A stretch of DNA of 64,000 nucleotides, taken from Terriglobia bacterium (GTDB lineage Bacteria; Acidobacteriota; Terriglobia; JAJPHL01; JAPKYU01). The position numbers and the translations under genes are program-made. The stretch is taken from NCBI GenBank assembly GCA_965206645.1, contig CBDBKE010000004.1, forward strand, positions 1,280,001 to 1,344,000. Reading direction: 5' to 3'. Shown piece by piece: positions 35,654 through 46,316 of this stretch (its first letter is position 1; every line of letters starts with the position of its first letter). Below the pieces are notes generated by a model. The model searched no databases and was not told the origin of the DNA. It worked only from the letters and a program-made list of their open reading frames with translations.

Positions 35654-37450
35654 CTACAACTGGTGGAGCCGGCGGTAGACACCCCCGCTTTCCAACAATT
35701 CTGCGTGCGTGCCCACCTCCACAATTGTACCACGGTCGAGCACCACAATTTTGTCGGCGCGCCGGACGGTGGCCAGCCGGTGGGCAATGACGAACACGGT
35801 GCGGCCGATCATCAGGTTTCCCAGCGCCTTCTGCACAAGGAGCTCCGACTCGCTATCGAGCTCAGAAGTGGCTTCGTCCAGGATCAGGATCGGGGGGTTT
35901 TTCAGCAGAGCGCGCGCTATCGCCAGGCGTTGACGCTGCCCGCCACTGAGCCGGGCGCCGCGTTCCCCGATCACGGTGTCGTAGCCACGGGGGAGCTGGA
36001 GGATGAATTCGTGAGCCATCGCCGCCCGCGCCGCGACGAAGACCTGCTCGTCGGGCGTGTCGACTCGGCCATAGCAGATGTTGTTCCGAACCGTCTCGTC
36101 GAACAGGAAGGTCTCCTGGGTGACCATGCCGATCTGGGCCCGCAGCGAGGCCAGCGTCAGGTCGCGCACGTCGTGCCCGTCAATGAGCACCCCCCCGTCG
36201 GTCGTGTCGTAGAAGCGGGGAATCAGGTTGACCAGGCTGGTCTTCCCTACCCCGCTGGGTCCCACAATGGCCACCACCTCACCCCGCTCGGCCCGCAGGT
36301 GAATGCGGCGCAACAGGGGCTGTTCCCTCTCGTAGTGAAACGAGACATGATCGAAGACCACTGCCTCGCGGAAGGGTGGCAGATGGATGGCTCCCGCTTT
36401 CTCGCGTACTCCCTCGCGGACGTCCAGGTACTGGAAGACCTTGGCCGAAGCGCCCAGCGCCTGCTGGAAGGCATTGCTGATGCCGGTGAGGCGCTTCACC
36501 GGCTCGTACATCTTCAGCAGCGCGTAGATAAGCACCAGGAAGGCGCCCGGCGTCAGCACGTCGGCCTTGATGCGGTCGCGCCCTACCCACAGGAGCACCA
36601 CGATCATCAGCGCCCCCAGCAACTCCATCAGCGGCGAAGTCAACGACTGCGCGCGCACGTACCGCAGGTTCACCCGGAATAGACGCCGGGCCGCTTCACG
36701 AAACCGGCCCAGTTCGAACTTCTCCATGGCGAAGGCCTTCACAATGCGGATGCCGCTGATGGTTTCCTGAAGGATCTGGCTGATCTCGGCCAGGTTATCT
36801 TGGCTCTTGCGGGTCGAGCGGCGCACGCGGCGACCGATCTTAGTCGCGGTGTAAAGCACCACGGCAACCAGCAGAGGCAAGGCAACCAAGGCCAGCTTTG
36901 CGTCCAGCAGCAGCACCACCACGACCATTCCCATCAGGGTGAAGCTCTGGCGCAGAAAATCAGCCAGCACGTGCGACACCGCCAACTGGATCTTTTCGAT
37001 GTCGTTGACGATGGCCGACATCAGTCGGCCCGTGGCCTTCCCCTGGAAGAAGCGCAACGGCTGGTGAATGACCTTCCCGTAGAGTTGGTTGCGCAGATCG
37101 GTCACCACTGCAAAGCCGATGTAGTTGACCAGGTAGCTGGCCAAGTATTCGCAGATGGCCTTGCCCAGGGTGACCACCACGATCACCACCGCCACCACGG
37201 TCCAGGCGTTGTGGATCCAGTCGGGAACGAACATCCGCAGGTCCAGCGAACGCTCCCAGATGGGCACGCTTTTCACCAGCATGACCGCATCATCAGGCGA
37301 GCTGGGATTCAGAACGCGGTCAAAGACAGGACCGATCAGCAGCGCCGTGAGGGCTTCAAAGGCGCCTACCCCCGCCATCAACACCACCGAGATCAAGAGG
37401 CGGAACCAGTAGGGGCGGACGTACCGCAGCAGGCGGAACAGCTCCGACAT
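35654..37450 (-). CDS. MsbA-like ABC exporter (permease + ATPase)
   Basis: TM domain then GPSGVGKT, LSGGQRQR, ILDEATS.LD, IAHRL; ends LHQL* with FVDA* continuing in frame. Confidence 0.92.
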   Translation of the reverse strand: MSELFRLLRYVRPYWFRLLISVVLMAGVGAFEALTALLIGPVFDRVLNPSSPDDAVMLVKSVPIWERSLDLRMFVPDWIHNAWTVVAVVIVVVTLGKAICEYLASYLVNYIGFAVVTDLRNQLYGKVIHQPLRFFQGKATGRLMSAIVNDIEKIQLAVSHVLADFLRQSFTLMGMVVVVLLLDAKLALVALPLLVAVVLYTATKIGRRVRRSTRKSQDNLAEISQILQETISGIRIVKAFAMEKFELGRFREAARRLFRVNLRYVRAQSLTSPLMELLGALMIVVLLWVGRDRIKADVLTPGAFLVLIYALLKMYEPVKRLTGISNAFQQALGASAKVFQYLDVREGVREKAGAIHLPPFREAVVFDHVSFHYEREQPLLRRIHLRAERGEVVAIVGPSGVGKTSLVNLIPRFYDTTDGGVLIDGHDVRDLTLASLRAQIGMVTQETFLFDETVRNNICYGRVDTPDEQVFVAARAAMAHEFILQLPRGYDTVIGERGARLSGGQRQRLAIARALLKNPPILILDEATSELDSESELLVQKALGNLMIGRTVFVIAHRLATVRRADKIVVLDRGTIVEVGTHAELLESGGVYRRLHQL

Positions 37451-37485
37451 CTAGCCACTATTCTAGCAGACCGCCAGGTGGCCAC

Positions 37486-38055
37486 TTAGCCGGAAAACAG
37501 TGCTTCTTCCACGGGGTGGTACACGAGTTGGCCGGCTTCGACCTGTGCACCAGCGGTGAGCCGATGCAAACGAGTTTGGCCGGGCCCCAGGATGTGGAGG
37601 ACCTGCCAGCCGCGCACGGTAAGGAAGTCGGAGAGCAGCATGCGGTGGCAGCGCCAATAGAGGCGCTCCGCGCACAGGTAGGCGGTGGTGCGGGCCCCGG
37701 CCAGGCTCATCAGCTCGCGGGCAGCCCGTTGGAATTCGGAAGTGCTCATGTGGTCGGCGTAGTTGCGGAAGCCCCTGACCCGCAGGCCGGTGTGCGGCGA
37801 GTCGGGCCGCAGCGCCCGGCGGTAGCCTCCCAGCTCGCGAAACCAGCGGTATTCAATGCCGGCCGCGGTTACCGCCGCCTCGAGCGCCTCACGGGAAAAC
37901 CAGGGATGGCGGCGCGAGGCGGGGAAGCTGCGAATGTCGGCCAGCAGGCGGATGCCAAACTCGCCCAGCAACGCCAGCAATTGTCCCTGCGCCTGCGTGG
38001 AATGCCCGACCGTATAGACCACTGAACCTGTCACCGAACCCGGTCTTTCAGCCAA
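37486..38055 (-). CDS. DUF488 family protein
   Basis: YTVGHS, DIRSFP.SR, LGG, CAE..YWRCHR; start uncertain. Confidence 0.88.
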   Translation of the reverse strand: MAERPGSVTGSVVYTVGHSTQAQGQLLALLGEFGIRLLADIRSFPASRRHPWFSREALEAAVTAAGIEYRWFRELGGYRRALRPDSPHTGLRVRGFRNYADHMSTSEFQRAARELMSLAGARTTAYLCAERLYWRCHRMLLSDFLTVRGWQVLHILGPGQTRLHRLTAGAQVEAGQLVYHPVEEALFSG

Positions 38056-38171
38056 TCGCCATCAGCAATGCTGACACGGCGGGTTTACACGCCTACGGGC
38101 CGCTGCGGCGTGCGGGGCAGAACTGAAGTCCCCTGAATGCGGACGAGTCGATTCCCAGCGATGGCCGACCG

Positions 38172-38987
38172 TCAACCGGTTCCGTGCGTGGGCAGAGGCA
38201 CCGCGTAGACCCCCTGAAAAATCTCTCCGAAAACGCGCACCAGCTCCGGATGAATCAAGCCGTTGGAAGCCACAAGAGTCTCGCTGCTCAAGTTGTAGGG
38301 ACCACCGCGCATGTCGGTGACGCGCCCGCCAGCTTCGGTCACCAGTACCATGCCGGCGGCAACGTCCCAGGGGTTGAGGTGGAACTCCCAGAAGGCATCC
38401 ATGCGGCCGCAGGCCACGTAGCAAAGATCCAGGGCGGCCGAGCCGGCCCGGCGTACGCCGTGGCTGACCATGTTGAGCTGGTAGTAGAAGTGGATGTTGG
38501 GGTTCTCGTGCCGGCGGCGCGCGGGGAAGCCGGTAGCCAGCAGGGACTGTGGAAGGGCGGCTATAGATGAAACCCGGATGGGGCGGTTGTTGAGCCAGGC
38601 GCCGGCTCCCCTTTCCGCAGTAAACAGCTCGTCGCGTATCGGGTCGTAAACCACGCCCACCACCCCCTCGCCGGCCCGCTCCAACCCGATCGAGACGCAA
38701 AAGAAGGGGAAGCTGTGGGCAAAGTTGGTGGTGCCGTCCACCGGATCCACGTACCAACAGTAGGGCGAATCGCTGGCATGACCACCCCCTTCCTCAGCGA
38801 CGATGGCGTGGTCAGGGAAATGAGCGCGCAGGCGCTCCACAATCAGGCGCTCCGAGGCACGGTCGGCCTCGGTCACTATGTCCACTCCGTCCTTGTACTC
38901 GACACGCACGCGCCGCTCGAAGATAGGCAGCAGCAGGCCGCCCGCAGCGCGCGCAATCTCGATGGCCGTGGTGAGAAAGTCAGGCAT
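38172..38987 (-). CDS. suhB: Inositol monophosphatase family protein (SuhB-like)
   Basis: VTEAD, AEE, WYVDPVDGTTNF, RRAGSAALD, WDVAAG..EAGG. Confidence 0.92.
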   Translation of the reverse strand: MPDFLTTAIEIARAAGGLLLPIFERRVRVEYKDGVDIVTEADRASERLIVERLRAHFPDHAIVAEEGGGHASDSPYCWYVDPVDGTTNFAHSFPFFCVSIGLERAGEGVVGVVYDPIRDELFTAERGAGAWLNNRPIRVSSIAALPQSLLATGFPARRRHENPNIHFYYQLNMVSHGVRRAGSAALDLCYVACGRMDAFWEFHLNPWDVAAGMVLVTEAGGRVTDMRGGPYNLSSETLVASNGLIHPELVRVFGEIFQGVYAVPLPTHGTG

Positions 38988-39011
38988 CTAGGTCAGGTTT
39001 GGGAGCGGAGT

Positions 39012-39299
39012 TCAGGGCTCAGCCAGAGGCTCGTCTTGTGCCGGCGCGGCCGGCTGCTCCTCATACAGGTACTTGATCTTGGACTTGAAGATGAACAGGT
39101 TCGGTTCCCCTTCCCGGGTCACGCGAATGAACCGCCGGTCGTAATACTCAATGAAGCCCTTCACCACCTCGCCCGAGATGAGCTTCACGACTACCGGAGT
39201 CTGGGTATGTGCCAGGTAACGAAGATAGGCGGCCTCCCGGTGAGTCTCCGCCGGGGCACGCTCGTTCGGATGGCGCGAGAAATCTTTTTGCATAGTCAC
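39012..39299 (-). CDS. Hfq-like Sm-fold RNA chaperone (divergent)
   Basis: YL......PVVVKL.SGE.VKG.I..YD..FI.......LFIFK..I pattern parallels Hfq Sm1/Sm2. Confidence 0.75.
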   Translation of the reverse strand: MTMQKDFSRHPNERAPAETHREAAYLRYLAHTQTPVVVKLISGEVVKGFIEYYDRRFIRVTREGEPNLFIFKSKIKYLYEEQPAAPAQDEPLAEP

Positions 39300-39583
39300 T
39301 TGGGCAGCCCGGCCCGCACCTGGCGTTCCCCAGCCGCCACTGCCCAGGCGCTGCCGATGGGCGCACGCTGGCCGGTCAGCACTGCATAGTTGCGCAGAAA
39401 ATGGCCGCGCAGGTGCGCCGGCACCAGAGGCACCTTGCGCATAGCGTCCATCTCCCAGCGTTCCACGACGATGGGCGGCGAACGGCTTCCAGGTCCGATA
39501 CGCTCCGCCGACGACTCGCGCGCCTGGGCGCCTGAGTGATCCGTGGGCGTGTGCGATTCGCCTTCTTTCTCATCCTGGCCCAT
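39296..39583 (-). CDS. Hypothetical protein coupled to the Hfq-like gene
   Basis: 95-aa ORF whose TGA overlaps the next start; no recognised motif. Confidence 0.45.
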   Translation of the reverse strand: MGQDEKEGESHTPTDHSGAQARESSAERIGPGSRSPPIVVERWEMDAMRKVPLVPAHLRGHFLRNYAVLTGQRAPIGSAWAVAAGERQVRAGLPK

Positions 39584-39637
39584 CCTGGGTACCCGACTGA
39601 GCCGAGCTGGTTTCTGCGAGACTTCGCTCCGTTCCTC

Positions 39638-40552
39638 TCAGTCGTCACTTAAATAATACCCTTTGCGCGCCCGCACGGTAAAGGAAGGATCTTTGGCCCG
39701 CACTTCCAGGCGCCGGTAGGTGCCGGCTTCCAGTTGCGGTGAAGCGTAGTAGCCCAGCAGGTACTGCCTGCGGAGTTCCTCGCCGATGGCGGCAAAAACG
39801 GGGTCCAGATGGGCCAGTGAGTCGGGAGTGAAAGCGCGCCCGCCCGTGCCCTCGGAAAACAACTGGAGAGAGTGCTCGCCACCGATGTTCCGCCCGGCCT
39901 CGCCGCGGACGGGCACGATCACCACGCTGTAGATGACGGCATCGGCCTGCTGAGCCGCGCGCAGCGCAGGGTGAAAGGTGCTGTCGCTGGTCGTGTCCCC
40001 ACCGTCAGTAATCAGGATCATCACCTTGCGGCCCCGTTGCGTTCGCAATTCGTCGGAAGCCAGGTAGATGGCGTCGAACAGCGAAGTGCCCCCGTGGGGG
40101 CGCACCTTACGCACGGCCTTCTCCAGCCGCGTGGCGCTGGCCGTGAAAGGGGCGATCTGGGTGACGCTCTCGGTGAAGGTAAACAGCGCAATCCGGTCTT
40201 GCGGCCGCAGGATGGAGCGGATAAAACGGATCGCCGATTCCTTCTCGAACTTCAAGTCTTTGGCGGTGGAAAGGCTGGCATCGAGCATCAGCGCGATGGA
40301 AAGCGGCAGGTCCGCTTCGCGGCTGAACACCCGAACCTGCTGCAACTTGCCCTCCTCGTAAACTTCAAAGTCTTCCTTGCCTAAGTCCGAGGCCAACCGC
40401 CCGCTTCGGTCGCGCACCGTGGCCAGGATGTTGACCAACCGGACGGCAACTTTGACGGAGGTGGTTTGGGACGCAGCGGGCGGTTGGCAGTAGGCAGTTG
40501 GCAGCAGGCAGCAGGCGGACACCAGCCACAGAGTGCGCCGGCCAATGTGCAT
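39638..40552 (-). CDS. Secreted VWA-domain protein (acidobacterial type)
   Basis: V.LVN..ATVRD..G, LDASLS (MIDAS), GTSLFDAI, LITDGGD, ELR.QY.LGY. Confidence 0.9.
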   Translation of the reverse strand: MHIGRRTLWLVSACCLLPTAYCQPPAASQTTSVKVAVRLVNILATVRDRSGRLASDLGKEDFEVYEEGKLQQVRVFSREADLPLSIALMLDASLSTAKDLKFEKESAIRFIRSILRPQDRIALFTFTESVTQIAPFTASATRLEKAVRKVRPHGGTSLFDAIYLASDELRTQRGRKVMILITDGGDTTSDSTFHPALRAAQQADAVIYSVVIVPVRGEAGRNIGGEHSLQLFSEGTGGRAFTPDSLAHLDPVFAAIGEELRRQYLLGYYASPQLEAGTYRRLEVRAKDPSFTVRARKGYYLSDD

Positions 40553-40604
40553 GTTCACTAGGAAGACGCGGCTCCAGATCAACAGGTTCCGCCTAGCCCC
40601 AGAT

Positions 40605-41414
40605 TCACCCGGAGGGCGCACGCTCAACCGCAGAGCTCGAATCTTCGACCGTGGCCTTCCGAGTTGGGGCTTCGGAGCTTCGACCTGGAACCTGCGCCAC
40701 AAACGCCTTGTCCCATTCTCCGTCCGCCCATATGGCGCCGTCGGCGAAGTACTCCTTCTTCCAGATGGGCACCGTTTTCTTCAGCCGGTCAATGGTGTAC
40801 CGGCAGGCTTCAAAGGCCGGATGGCGGTGGGGCGAGGTCACCGCGATTGCCACGCTGGCTTCGCCGATTTCCAGGCGGCCCAGGCGGTGCAGGATGCCAA
40901 TGCGGTCGATGGACCAGCGCCGACGGGCCTCGCGGGCCAGCGCACGCATCTGCTCCAGCGCCATCGGTTCGTATGCCTCGTATTCCAGGTAGAGGGTAGT
41001 CCTGCCCCCGGAGTGGTTCCGGACCACGCCTTCAAAGACTACCACCGCGCCGTCTTCGGCCCGCTGCAGGCGAGTCACCAGGGCGCGGGTATCAATCGGC
41101 TCGCGGACGATCGCTACTAATTCCACATCTGGCTCTGCAGTTGGTTCTGACTCCGGCGTTGCCGCCTGGCTGCCGCCGGAAACGGGTGGAAGGAAGGCGA
41201 CCTCGTCGCCGTCGGCCAGCATCGCTGAAGAATCGCCGAATTCGTGGTTGCGGGCCAGCACCACCGCGTGGCGCATCGCTCCCAGGCGCGGAAATCTTCC
41301 AGCGTAACTTTCAAACAGGCTCTGCAGATCGCTGCCTTCTAGTACTTGAACTTCTTCTTTAGATTTTCCCGTGATGTCCTTGATTTGCCCAAAGAACAGG
41401 ACGCGGACTCGCAT
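40605..41414 (-). CDS. Fused MoaD-MoaE molybdopterin synthase
   Basis: VRVLFFG...DGDEVAFLPPVSGG, linker, GAVVVFEG.VR, LEYEAY, HRLG.L.IGE, PIWKKE. Confidence 0.93.
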   Translation of the reverse strand: MRVRVLFFGQIKDITGKSKEEVQVLEGSDLQSLFESYAGRFPRLGAMRHAVVLARNHEFGDSSAMLADGDEVAFLPPVSGGSQAATPESEPTAEPDVELVAIVREPIDTRALVTRLQRAEDGAVVVFEGVVRNHSGGRTTLYLEYEAYEPMALEQMRALAREARRRWSIDRIGILHRLGRLEIGEASVAIAVTSPHRHPAFEACRYTIDRLKKTVPIWKKEYFADGAIWADGEWDKAFVAQVPGRSSEAPTRKATVEDSSSAVERAPSG

Positions 41415-41428
41415 CCGACCTCCCAGCC

Positions 41429-41662
41429 CTACCCTTTGCTCAGTTCCCGGCCCGGCCGCTCCGAGAGCTTCATCCACTCCAGGCAGTCATGTCCCAGCAC
41501 CTGCACACCGCTGAGGAACTCAACCTGCGCATTGCGGAAGTGCTTCCAGGCCAGAGACTGGCGACATCGCGAAGGCAAGACCTGGGCTAGGTCAGGAAAC
41601 AGGGGCCGAGCGGGCCGCCCCCGATGCACGTTGCGCGGCTTTTTTCTTCCCGGGTTGGCCAT
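41429..41662 (-). CDS. Small hypothetical protein (77 aa)
   Basis: AAGGAG RBS before ATG (MANPGRKK...HFRNAQVEFL); fills the gap directly upstream of moaDE. Confidence 0.5.
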   Translation of the reverse strand: MANPGRKKPRNVHRGRPARPLFPDLAQVLPSRCRQSLAWKHFRNAQVEFLSGVQVLGHDCLEWMKLSERPGRELSKG

Positions 41663-41882
41663 CTTGCTCTCCTTTTCCAAAGTACTCTTGAGCCAAACAT
41701 ACCACAACTGGCCACAACTGGGGCTATCGCCAGGACTGAACCCGGACCGGCAGGGATGCGGCAGCGGGCGAGGCAGTAAATGTGCCCGTTTTCTGGTGAG
41801 GTTATCTGGTACGGTGTGGGGTGATTGTCGAGTAGTCCGGGCCAACCATCGGGGCTCGTGGGCATTCACCCGGAACGCAGTT

Positions 41883-42680
41883 TTATCTCGGCCTCCCCGT
41901 CGGCATTTTCTGCTTCTTCAGGCCGGCAGGCACGGTGAATAAGCTCGACTCCAGGACCCTCCGCTCCACCTTGGTGGTTTCCCACTCGGAAACGACCCGC
42001 TCCCCCTCGTAGTCCAGCCTGCGGACCGGGAACCCTTTCATTTGGTCCATTCCCGACAACCCCCAGCCGCTCTGGCGGGCACCCTGACGCAGTGGTTCGA
42101 AGAATTCAGCCATGGCTTGGAAGGTTTGGAGTTCCGCCTCCTTGAGGAGCCCCGGCCCGCTCGGGGCAACCCAGACCTCGTTGATCCGCTGGCCATCGCT
42201 CAGCACCTCGTAGCGGGTGCAGACGTAAGACCCCACCTTTTCTCCCCGGCTCTTGACCTGCACGGTAATGCTCGGGGGCTTGGCCATGCCCATTTTCTGC
42301 TTCATCATCTTCTCGATCATCTTGCGCTGCTCGGGCGGCATCTGGGCCATCTGCGCTTCCATTTGCTTCATGGCAGAATCTAGTTGTTGCTTCATCCGCT
42401 GTAGGTCGGCGGCAGTCATCTCCATGTAGCTGCCACGGCTATGGTCAATCATCCACATCACCTGCTTGGCCTGGTCGAAGATCATGGCGGTCTTCTTGCC
42501 CCCGTGTTCTCGGATGTCGAAGCGCAACTTGCCCGCGTCTATGTACATGTTGATCTGCTGCCCTGGCGTCTTGCTGCCCGGCTTACTCTCTTTCATCTGA
42601 AGCACCACACCCGCTTGCACCGCCAGAGCAGAACATCCCAGTACGACCAAAGACGCCAGCACTTGAAGCATCGATCTCAT
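41883..42680 (-). CDS. Secreted DUF4412-like protein
   Basis: Signal peptide, Met/Gln-rich helix (MPPEQRKMIEKM), C..YEV, EVW, GFP, LF.VPAG. Confidence 0.72.
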   Translation of the reverse strand: MRSMLQVLASLVVLGCSALAVQAGVVLQMKESKPGSKTPGQQINMYIDAGKLRFDIREHGGKKTAMIFDQAKQVMWMIDHSRGSYMEMTAADLQRMKQQLDSAMKQMEAQMAQMPPEQRKMIEKMMKQKMGMAKPPSITVQVKSRGEKVGSYVCTRYEVLSDGQRINEVWVAPSGPGLLKEAELQTFQAMAEFFEPLRQGARQSGWGLSGMDQMKGFPVRRLDYEGERVVSEWETTKVERRVLESSLFTVPAGLKKQKMPTGRPR

Positions 42681-42770
42681 CACCCAGTCTCCTTTCCGAG
42701 TCCACAGGACAAAGGAAATCGTATGCGCAACACCGACTGCGGTCAATCGGAAGCTGGAGGGGAGCCGTCC

Positions 42771-43622
42771 TCAGGCTAGCCCTAGCGGGCCAGGACCAGG
42801 CAGAGGATGCCCAGGAAAATGACAGCGGCAGCGAGCCAGGCGGCGCAGTCCAAATCCCTCGCGCAGGACCAGCCAGCCCAGCAGGGCGGCGAAGATGACG
42901 CTGGATTCCCGCGCGGCGCCCACGTAACTGACCGGAGCCAGCCGCACCGCCGCCAGCACCACTGCGTAGCCAGCGGGGCTCAACAGGGCCACCAGCGGCA
43001 CCCGCCACCTTTGCCGGCGAAATTCCCCCGCCAGATCGGCGCGTCGGACCCAGACAACGTAGGGCGACAACACCAGCGCCGTGCCGCCGCCAATCAGGCA
43101 AACCAGCGCCAGCGGCGAGAAATACCGCAAGGCGGCTTTGTCGGCTAGGGAAAACGCCGCGATGCAGGCGCCGCAGGCCAGCGGTAGACCCAGCCGTTTT
43201 ACATGCGCACGCAGCAGGTGTGGCCCTTGCAGGAAAAGAACGCCCAGCGAGACCAGCAGAATTCCCGCCAGGCCCGTCCGGGAAACTCTCTCCCCCAACA
43301 GAACGACGGCTCCCACGGCGATGAAGACCGGGGCTGAGCCGCGGGCCACCGGGTAGACCACCGTGTAATCCAAACGCTGGTAGCAAGCCGAGAGCATCAG
43401 CAGGTAAAGCCCTTCCGCCACGCAGCTAGTGGCCAGCAAGGCCACCGAAGCAGGAGTAAACCGTACTGGCAGCAAGAACAGCGCTGGCAGCGTCAGCAGG
43501 AACCCGCCCGCCAGCATCCACCAGATGAAGGCATACTTGTCCCTGCTGCGCTTCACCACGAGGTTCCAGGAAGCATGGTTGACAGAAGAAAGCAGCACGA
43601 GAAGCAGGGCGGTGAGGCTCAT
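42771..43622 (-). CDS. EamA/DMT family transporter, probable 1-nt frameshift in last TM helix
   Basis: HASWN, YPVARG, RESSV..A; alternative frame gives LAAAVIFLGILCLVLAR* ending at 42782. Confidence 0.85.
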   Translation of the reverse strand: MSLTALLLVLLSSVNHASWNLVVKRSRDKYAFIWWMLAGGFLLTLPALFLLPVRFTPASVALLATSCVAEGLYLLMLSACYQRLDYTVVYPVARGSAPVFIAVGAVVLLGERVSRTGLAGILLVSLGVLFLQGPHLLRAHVKRLGLPLACGACIAAFSLADKAALRYFSPLALVCLIGGGTALVLSPYVVWVRRADLAGEFRRQRWRVPLVALLSPAGYAVVLAAVRLAPVSYVGAARESSVIFAALLGWLVLREGFGLRRLARCRCHFPGHPLPGPGPLGLA

Positions 43623-43847
43623 GGTTTCATTGCGACTTATGGCAACTTATGGAGTCCGGAGTACCAATTCCTGCACTACGGACCTCCATCCTGCTCGTCC
43701 GGCAGGGCCATGCTACACTGGTGTTGTTGGAAACCGAACAGGTCTGCGCCAGGCACAAAACGCCCGGCGGGACGAGGGCTTGCCGCATCACATAGGCGAA
43801 GCGACGCCTGGTCGGCAGGTGACTGAAACCACACTGGGATTTTCGCG

Positions 43848-46316
43848 ATGGCGGCCAAGCTCACGATTCCCCAAATCCGAGCGGTTGTGCTGAGTCTGTT
43901 GGTGGGGACTGCTCTGGTTACTGGCGGCGTGTACCTGCACCGCACCCGTGGGAGCGCGGCCGGCCAACCCCTCCCTCTGCCGCGCGTCCCTCCCAACGTT
44001 ACTCAGAGCGCCGGCTTTCGTCTCTCCAAATCGGAGGGAGGCCGCACCGTGTTCACCGTTAAGGCATTACGCGCCCGCGAGCAACGGGACACGGGCAAGA
44101 GCCTGCTGGAGGATGTGGAAATTATCACCTTCGGCGCTCAGGGAGATCGCCGCGACCGAATCTTCAGCAAGCTTTGTGAGTACGATTCCAAAACAGGGCG
44201 GGTGTACAGCGAAGGGGAAGTGGAGATCGAGTTAGCCAGCCTGCCAGGGGAGTTTCTCGCAGCCACTGGCAAGTCGGGGGAATCTCCCGCACGCTCGGTA
44301 GCCGGAGAGCCGGTGGCCCGTATTCAGGCCAGGACTTCGGGGCTGACGTTTAACGAGAAGACCGGAGTTGCTTCCACAGAGCGCCTAGTCCGGTTTCGCT
44401 TTCTTCGCGGGACGGGCCAGGCCACGGGAGCCGTCTATGACTCCCACCAACGCACACTGCGGCTGACCTCCGACGTGCAGATTTTGCTGCAGAAGCCGGG
44501 TACGCCTCAGCCCCCCGAAGACCAGCCATCCAAAATCGAAATCCTGGCGAAGGAGTTAGTTCACCTTCAGCGCCAGAGCCAGGTGCTGCTGCGGCAGCCA
44601 CGAATACGCCAGACACTGGCCGGAGGCGGCAGTCGGGAGCTGCTGGGTGAGGAGGCGCTGCTGAGGCTCGATGAGCAGAATCGATTGCAGGCGGTCGAGG
44701 TCGTCGGCCAGGTGCAGATCAATGAATCGGCGCCTGGCGCCACCCCAGCCGGGGGGCGGCGATCCCGCTTAACGGCCAAGCGCCTGGACCTGCTTTTCAA
44801 CGAACAGCATCTCTTGGATCAGGTCCACGCCAACGAAGCGGTGCGGCTGGAGGTGGTGACTCCCCGTAGCCGCGCCGAGTTTCAGGCGGCTCGCCTGGAG
44901 CTGTTCTTCGCCGGCCCGCAGAACACACTTTCGCAGGTGGACTGGAAAGGCGGGGTCAGAATCGTACTTACGCCCACCGCGGCGGAGGCTCCCGTCCGCG
45001 TGCTCACCAGCGAAGAGGTGGAAATGATCTTGAAGCCCGGCCGTCAAGAACTGGACGTGGCCCGCACGCTGGCTCCAGGCCGGCTGGAATTATTGCCGCC
45101 CAAGGGGCCCGTCCAAGTTCTGCGCGGCCGGCCGACCCGGCGTGTTCTGACCGCCGACCGGTTTTGGATGCAGTTTGGGGAGCAGAGCCAGCTGCGTGTG
45201 CTGCGCGCCGAGCAGGGGGTGCGGCTGGAATCGGAAGCCCCTGCCCCAGCCCCGCGAAACCAGGCCGGTGGCGGCAGTCCGCGTCTCCCGACGCCCACCC
45301 CACGGATCACTACGAGCGACCTGCTGGTGGCCCACTTCTCACAAGCTTCGCAGCAACTGGAGGTACTGGAGCAGACCGGCAACTTTCATTACACAGATGG
45401 CGAACGGCAGGCCACCGCTGAACGGGCCGTCTGCCGGGCTGCCGAGCGAGTGGTCACGCTCACCGGACGCCCAGGCCGCAATCCCGAGGTGTGGGACCGA
45501 CAGAGCCGCACCTCAGCCCGGCAAATTACCCTGGACGAGGACAGCAAACAGGGCACCGCCACGCAGCAGGTACGTTCCACCTACCTGCCGCAACAGAATC
45601 CCGGCTCTGCGGGTGCTGGCCCACTTTCCGGCAGCGACCCTGTGCATGTGATTGCCGAACGGATGGTCTCACAGCCCAGCCGCGGAGTCATCCGGTACGA
45701 GGGAGGGCCGGGCCGGGGGCGCGTTCGTCTCTGGCAGAAAGGGGAAGTGATCGAGGCCCGCACCCTGGTGCTGGAACGCGAACGCCGGCGACTGACCGCC
45801 CAAGACGAGGTGGTCACGCTGTTTCCGGAAGCCGGGGCCAAATCCGAGCAGCAGGCCCGGAGCCCCATCCAGATCAGCGCCCAGCGGCTGGTGTACACGG
45901 ATCAAGACCGGCGAGCGTATTACCAGGGTGGAGTGCTTCTTCGGCGAGGGGATAGTGTCGTGAAGGCGACCACACTGGAAGCTCACTTGCTGCCGGCGAA
46001 CCAGGCGCAGGCCGGACACTCGCGCTTGCAACGCGCCGTGGCGCGCGGCGGGGTGGAGATCCTGGACTTCTCTGCGGGCCAGCAGAGAAGAGGAGCCGCT
46101 GATATGGCCGAATATTTTTCCTCTGAGGAGAAGGTGATCTTGCGCGGCGGCCAGCCGTATGTCTACGATCCACAAAGAGGTTACACGCAAGGCGCTGAAT
46201 TGACTTACTATATTCGCGATGATAGGGTTTTTGTTGATGGGGACGGCGCGACGCGCACAGTAACGGAACACCGCGTGCGCACCCGCCAGCAGAAACCTCC
46301 CCCGCAACGGCCATGA
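43848..46316 (+). CDS. LptC/LptA(OstA)-like multi-jellyroll LPS transport periplasmic protein
   Basis: N-terminal TM anchor, repeated beta-rich OstA-like segments, overlaps lptB start. Confidence 0.82.
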   Translation: MAAKLTIPQIRAVVLSLLVGTALVTGGVYLHRTRGSAAGQPLPLPRVPPNVTQSAGFRLSKSEGGRTVFTVKALRAREQRDTGKSLLEDVEIITFGAQGDRRDRIFSKLCEYDSKTGRVYSEGEVEIELASLPGEFLAATGKSGESPARSVAGEPVARIQARTSGLTFNEKTGVASTERLVRFRFLRGTGQATGAVYDSHQRTLRLTSDVQILLQKPGTPQPPEDQPSKIEILAKELVHLQRQSQVLLRQPRIRQTLAGGGSRELLGEEALLRLDEQNRLQAVEVVGQVQINESAPGATPAGGRRSRLTAKRLDLLFNEQHLLDQVHANEAVRLEVVTPRSRAEFQAARLELFFAGPQNTLSQVDWKGGVRIVLTPTAAEAPVRVLTSEEVEMILKPGRQELDVARTLAPGRLELLPPKGPVQVLRGRPTRRVLTADRFWMQFGEQSQLRVLRAEQGVRLESEAPAPAPRNQAGGGSPRLPTPTPRITTSDLLVAHFSQASQQLEVLEQTGNFHYTDGERQATAERAVCRAAERVVTLTGRPGRNPEVWDRQSRTSARQITLDEDSKQGTATQQVRSTYLPQQNPGSAGAGPLSGSDPVHVIAERMVSQPSRGVIRYEGGPGRGRVRLWQKGEVIEARTLVLERERRRLTAQDEVVTLFPEAGAKSEQQARSPIQISAQRLVYTDQDRRAYYQGGVLLRRGDSVVKATTLEAHLLPANQAQAGHSRLQRAVARGGVEILDFSAGQQRRGAADMAEYFSSEEKVILRGGQPYVYDPQRGYTQGAELTYYIRDDRVFVDGDGATRTVTEHRVRTRQQKPPPQRP

